From the NCBI GenBank assembly GCA_043818275.1, contig JBDRFY010000041.1:1-18480 (forward strand): DNA of 18,480 bases. Direction: 5' to 3'. The stretch's first letter is position 1. Each line of letters opens with the position of its first letter. The position numbers were made by a program, and so were the translations under genes. Shown here in pieces: positions 15,603 to 18,480 of this stretch. The DNA is from a bacterium (GTDB lineage: Bacteria > Babelota > Babeliae > Babelales > JAUWHS01). Under the pieces are notes generated by a model. That model saw only the letters and a list, made by a program, of their open reading frames with translations. It searched no databases and was not told the origin of the DNA.

Positions 15603-16601
15603 CTACTTATTTAATAGAAAATTAATTTTGGCTAATTCACCCTCTTGTTTTAATATATCTTTTTTTAATATTTCAGCTCTATTATTAATTATTTGTTGTC
15701 TAATATTTGTATTTGGAGCATTCTTTAGAAATCCCTTATTATCATATTTATCAGGATTTTTAAGATAAGCTTCCAATTTTTCTTTATGCTCTTGAATTAA
15801 TTTTTCATAAGATCGTTTGGATCTAAGAAGCTCATCTCTACTTTGATTTGCAAGATTACCTTCACCAGAAATATTTTTAAATTTACCGCCTTGATCATCT
15901 TTATCAGAATCCTTGTCATCATCCTTTTTAGGCTTCTTTGGTGGTTCCTGGTTTGGCTGACCGGTTTGTCCCGCAATTTCTTCGTGTTTGCGTTTAAAAG
16001 TTTTTCGATCTTCTGTGTTTGTTGTAATTGTACTTAAATCTTTAAACTTTTCACCTTTAAAAATCAAGCCTGCTAATTTTCTTTTAGGTTGCTGAATGCC
16101 GGTCTTTGGGGTGTAAGTATTTCTTTTAATTACTTCTTTTCTTAGGTTGTCTAAAAATTGTGATTCCTGAGAATCTTCAACCATTCCAAATGGATTTCTT
16201 ACACTTGAAAATGGATCCTTACACTGATCAAAAGGTGAAGCTATTTGCGAAGAAATTGGATCATGTGATTGACCGTCAAACGGCATTCTAATATCTCTGA
16301 ATGGATCTACGGGAACAATATCCTCTCCTCCATTTAAAAATCTATTTAGCGCCTGCTGGGCTAATACACTGCCTGTTTGAGCTAATGTTTCAACTCCAAC
16401 ATTATAAGCAATGCCACCAAAAATTTTTCCAGTTTGTTTTAATGCGCTATCGCCAGCCGGTGTTTTTTCATTTTTTTTACTTGATTCAGGAATTACAACT
16501 TTATTTTTTAATTTTTCATCAACAACTTCTTCGACAACTTCATCAGCTACTTTTTCAGTTGCAACATTTTGCGTAGATGCATCAACGGCTTCTACTGGCA
16601 C
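15603..16601 (-). CDS. Putative polymorphic toxin C-terminal part (xPF repeats, PPKKPKKDDD linker, helical toxin-like tip), possibly a frameshifted continuation of 16634-18433
   Basis: The tip RSYEKLIQEHKEKLEAYLKNPDKYDNKGFLKNAP...RQQIINNR resembles, from memory and not a search, C-terminal domains of Rhs/CdiA-type proteins. GTG start with only AGGA 4 nt upstream. The frame is open back to 16637. Confidence 0.65.
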   Translation of the reverse strand: MPVEAVDASTQNVATEKVADEVVEEVVDEKLKNKVVIPESSKKNEKTPAGDSALKQTGKIFGGIAYNVGVETLAQTGSVLAQQALNRFLNGGEDIVPVDPFRDIRMPFDGQSHDPISSQIASPFDQCKDPFSSVRNPFGMVEDSQESQFLDNLRKEVIKRNTYTPKTGIQQPKRKLAGLIFKGEKFKDLSTITTNTEDRKTFKRKHEEIAGQTGQPNQEPPKKPKKDDDKDSDKDDQGGKFKNISGEGNLANQSRDELLRSKRSYEKLIQEHKEKLEAYLKNPDKYDNKGFLKNAPNTNIRQQIINNRAEILKKDILKQEGELAKINFLLNK

Positions 16602-16633
16602 TTGTTCCTGATTTATTTGATTTTTAAAGAATT

Positions 16634-18433
16634 TTAATTAACCACTTCAGGTTCAACAGGTTCAACATCCTCTTTACCTGTGCCAGTCAAAACGTCTTTT
16701 GTAACGCTTTTAAATATCCTGGTTGTTGTACTGTCTTCAGGTTTTTCTTCGAGGTGTTTTTTCTTAAAATCTTCCAGCTCTTCTCCTACTAATTCTTTGC
16801 CCTTTTCCCCTATTTTTTTAATTTTTGATTTAACCCATTCAACAACTTTACTCTTTTCTGGCTCAGGTTCTTTTTCCTCCTCAACTTTTTTTCCTGCTTC
16901 AACTTTTTCTTTTTCAACAATCACTTCCGGTTTTACAATATCTTCTTTTTCTGATTTTTGTTCAGCGGTAATTTCTGTTTTTTTAGGTTCTTCTTTTGTA
17001 ACTGCAACTGGCAAAATAGTTAAAATATCTTTTTTAGTAATTCCTTCTGGTAAAAAACCAAATATTTTTATCAAATCAATTTCTTCAAACTTTGGAGTGT
17101 GTTGTTTAATGAGATTAACTGATTGTTGAATGAAATTATAAACTGTATTTTGACCATCGACAGAAATAAAAATACTTCGTGATTTTAATGTTTTTTCCAT
17201 TTCAGATTTTGCCAGTCCTATTTCTTCTTTTGCTTTTTGAGTTTTTTCAAAGGCTAATATAACTTCTTTATCATCCCGATCACCCTGAGCCACGAGTTCC
17301 GAACCCCGAACTTGTTGAGGGGTTGAGGAATCGAGGGGTCGAAGGGCATCCTCACCAATTTGTTTTTTATCGTAAAGTTCTTTTGAATACTTTTCTGCTT
17401 CCTGATAAGCCTTTTCAGCTTCCTGCATTTTTTCCTGATACGTTTTGATAAAATTTTTGCCATTAAATGAAATTTCATCGCCATGCAAATCAATAAATTT
17501 TATTGGTTCCGCTGATTCCAAAATTAATTTGTTCGATTTCGGCAAAATATTTTGTCTAACATAAGCCGCAACCAGATTTAACAAATCGTTTGCGTCTTGA
17601 ACGGATAATTCCTGATCATCGGATAATTTTAATAAATCTTTTGGAGTTGTGATTTTTTCTTTATCCCGATCACCCTGAGGAGCATAAGCGTCTCGAAGGG
17701 TTTCTTCAGATTTTATTTCAGGAGGTTCTGGTTTGACAACTATGGGTTTTGTAATTTCTGGTTCTTTAAATTCTTCACCGGAAACTTCACCCACAGGCAT
17801 TTCAGTTTTATCTTCATCTTTGCCTAATAAGGATTCATCCCACGAAGTGAATTCTGTTACATCTCCAGCCTCAAGTATTGCCGCGCCAGCAGTTCCAAGG
17901 CCCGCAAGACCAACACTTGCTGTGCCTAACCCGCCCAAACCAACCATACCTGTTCCACCACCAACAGCCGCCGCTTTGGATTTCTTTGTTGATAAAAGAC
18001 CAGTCGCTTTTCCTGCTACCTGTTTTAAACTGCCCTTTAATCCAGATGCCTCATAACCCTCGACCTGTTCTTTTACAATAGGTTCTAATTCTTTTTTGGC
18101 TTCTTTCAGAATGTTTAACTGATTTTTTTCTTCCTCTGTTCTTTCACTCTCAGTTTTTTTTATAATTGTTTCAATTTGTTGTGTTTTGTCTACATAGTCT
18201 TTAAGTTTTGATATACCTATTTTATAATTTTTCTGCTTCTCTTGCGATTGTTTTGCAATCCATTTTTGCATATCATTATAAACTTTTTCAGCTCGATCTT
18301 CTAATACTTTAATAGATTTCGCTTGTCTTTTTTCAAAAAAACTTGTTATTTTTTTACCTAATAAAAAATTCACTCCACAATTCAAAAACAAAATTATTAA
18401 AAAAAGATACCTAAGTGAAAAAAGCTTATTCAT
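16634..18433 (-). CDS. Secreted protein with a Gly/Ala-rich hydrophobic segment and Lys/Glu-rich regions (putative toxin carrier / N-terminal part)
   Basis: Signal peptide MNKLFSLRYLFLIILFLNCGVNFLLG and the segment AAAVGGGTGMVGLGGLGTASVGLAGLGTAGAAIL (aa 154-187). AGGGGA Shine-Dalgarno. Confidence 0.8.
   Translation of the reverse strand: MNKLFSLRYLFLIILFLNCGVNFLLGKKITSFFEKRQAKSIKVLEDRAEKVYNDMQKWIAKQSQEKQKNYKIGISKLKDYVDKTQQIETIIKKTESERTEEEKNQLNILKEAKKELEPIVKEQVEGYEASGLKGSLKQVAGKATGLLSTKKSKAAAVGGGTGMVGLGGLGTASVGLAGLGTAGAAILEAGDVTEFTSWDESLLGKDEDKTEMPVGEVSGEEFKEPEITKPIVVKPEPPEIKSEETLRDAYAPQGDRDKEKITTPKDLLKLSDDQELSVQDANDLLNLVAAYVRQNILPKSNKLILESAEPIKFIDLHGDEISFNGKNFIKTYQEKMQEAEKAYQEAEKYSKELYDKKQIGEDALRPLDSSTPQQVRGSELVAQGDRDDKEVILAFEKTQKAKEEIGLAKSEMEKTLKSRSIFISVDGQNTVYNFIQQSVNLIKQHTPKFEEIDLIKIFGFLPEGITKKDILTILPVAVTKEEPKKTEITAEQKSEKEDIVKPEVIVEKEKVEAGKKVEEEKEPEPEKSKVVEWVKSKIKKIGEKGKELVGEELEDFKKKHLEEKPEDSTTTRIFKSVTKDVLTGTGKEDVEPVEPEVVN
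17273..17346 (+). repeat. Family-A REP-like element, four-layer nested hairpin, in-frame within the CDS
   Basis: ATCCCGATCA followed by CCCT-GAG-CCAC-GAG-TTCC-GAA-CCCC-GAA-CTTG-TTGA-GGGG-TTGA-GGAA-TCGA-GGGG-TCGA-AGGG. Confidence 0.85.
17663..17700 (+). repeat. Family-A REP-like element, in-frame within the CDS
   Basis: ATCCCGATCA-CCCT-GAG-GAGCATAAGCGTC-TCGA-AGGG, matching the intergenic copy ATCCTGATCA-TCCT-GAG-CCTG-TCGA-AGGA (6586-6614). Confidence 0.85.
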
Positions 18434-18480
18434 TCTTTCCCCTAAACAAAAATAATTAATCCTTATCTGATTTGAAAAAT

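Noticed and set aside
16622..16628. T-TTA-AAA slippery heptamer as a programmed -1 frameshift site joining carrier and toxin
   Set aside because: It lies downstream of the TAA stop at 16636-16634, so stop read-through would be needed first.
1263..18081. Short alternative-frame or antisense ORFs (for example 1263-1484, 2930-3136, 3978-4286, 4579-4896, 8056-8331, 14755-15123, 16680-17129, 17254-17493, 17733-18056)
   Set aside because: They lie almost entirely within well-supported longer genes, have biased shadow-ORF composition and show no recognisable motifs.

Overview
AT-rich bacterial window, most likely from a Candidatus Dependentiae (TM6/Babeliales)-like genome. That assignment is inferred from gene content and the many signal-peptide hypothetical proteins, and is not verified. 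Housekeeping genes are rsmG, hldE, a HUMPS/KGPDC-family TIM-barrel enzyme, Fe/Mn superoxide dismutase, an ATP-dependent DNA ligase, secD, a PNPOx-like flavoprotein, hemW, tRNA-Met(CAT) and a tRNA-Leu with the unusual anticodon AAG. Three accessory elements stand out. (1) A Sec-signal, Gly-zipper protein (16634-18433) lies one base out of frame with an ORF (15603-16601) that ends in a polymorphic-toxin-like tip, and an immunity-like gene follows directly. This is a candidate Sec-exported polymorphic toxin system. (2) A three-gene cluster encodes secreted Pro/Met-rich coiled-coil proteins, and genes 2 and 3 resemble the N- and C-terminal halves of gene 1. (3) Two families of short REP-like hairpins have G.A-rich internal loops and covarying stems. 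They occur between genes, overlap a tRNA CCA end, nest inside one another (up to four layers) and sit in-frame twice inside the putative toxin carrier gene.
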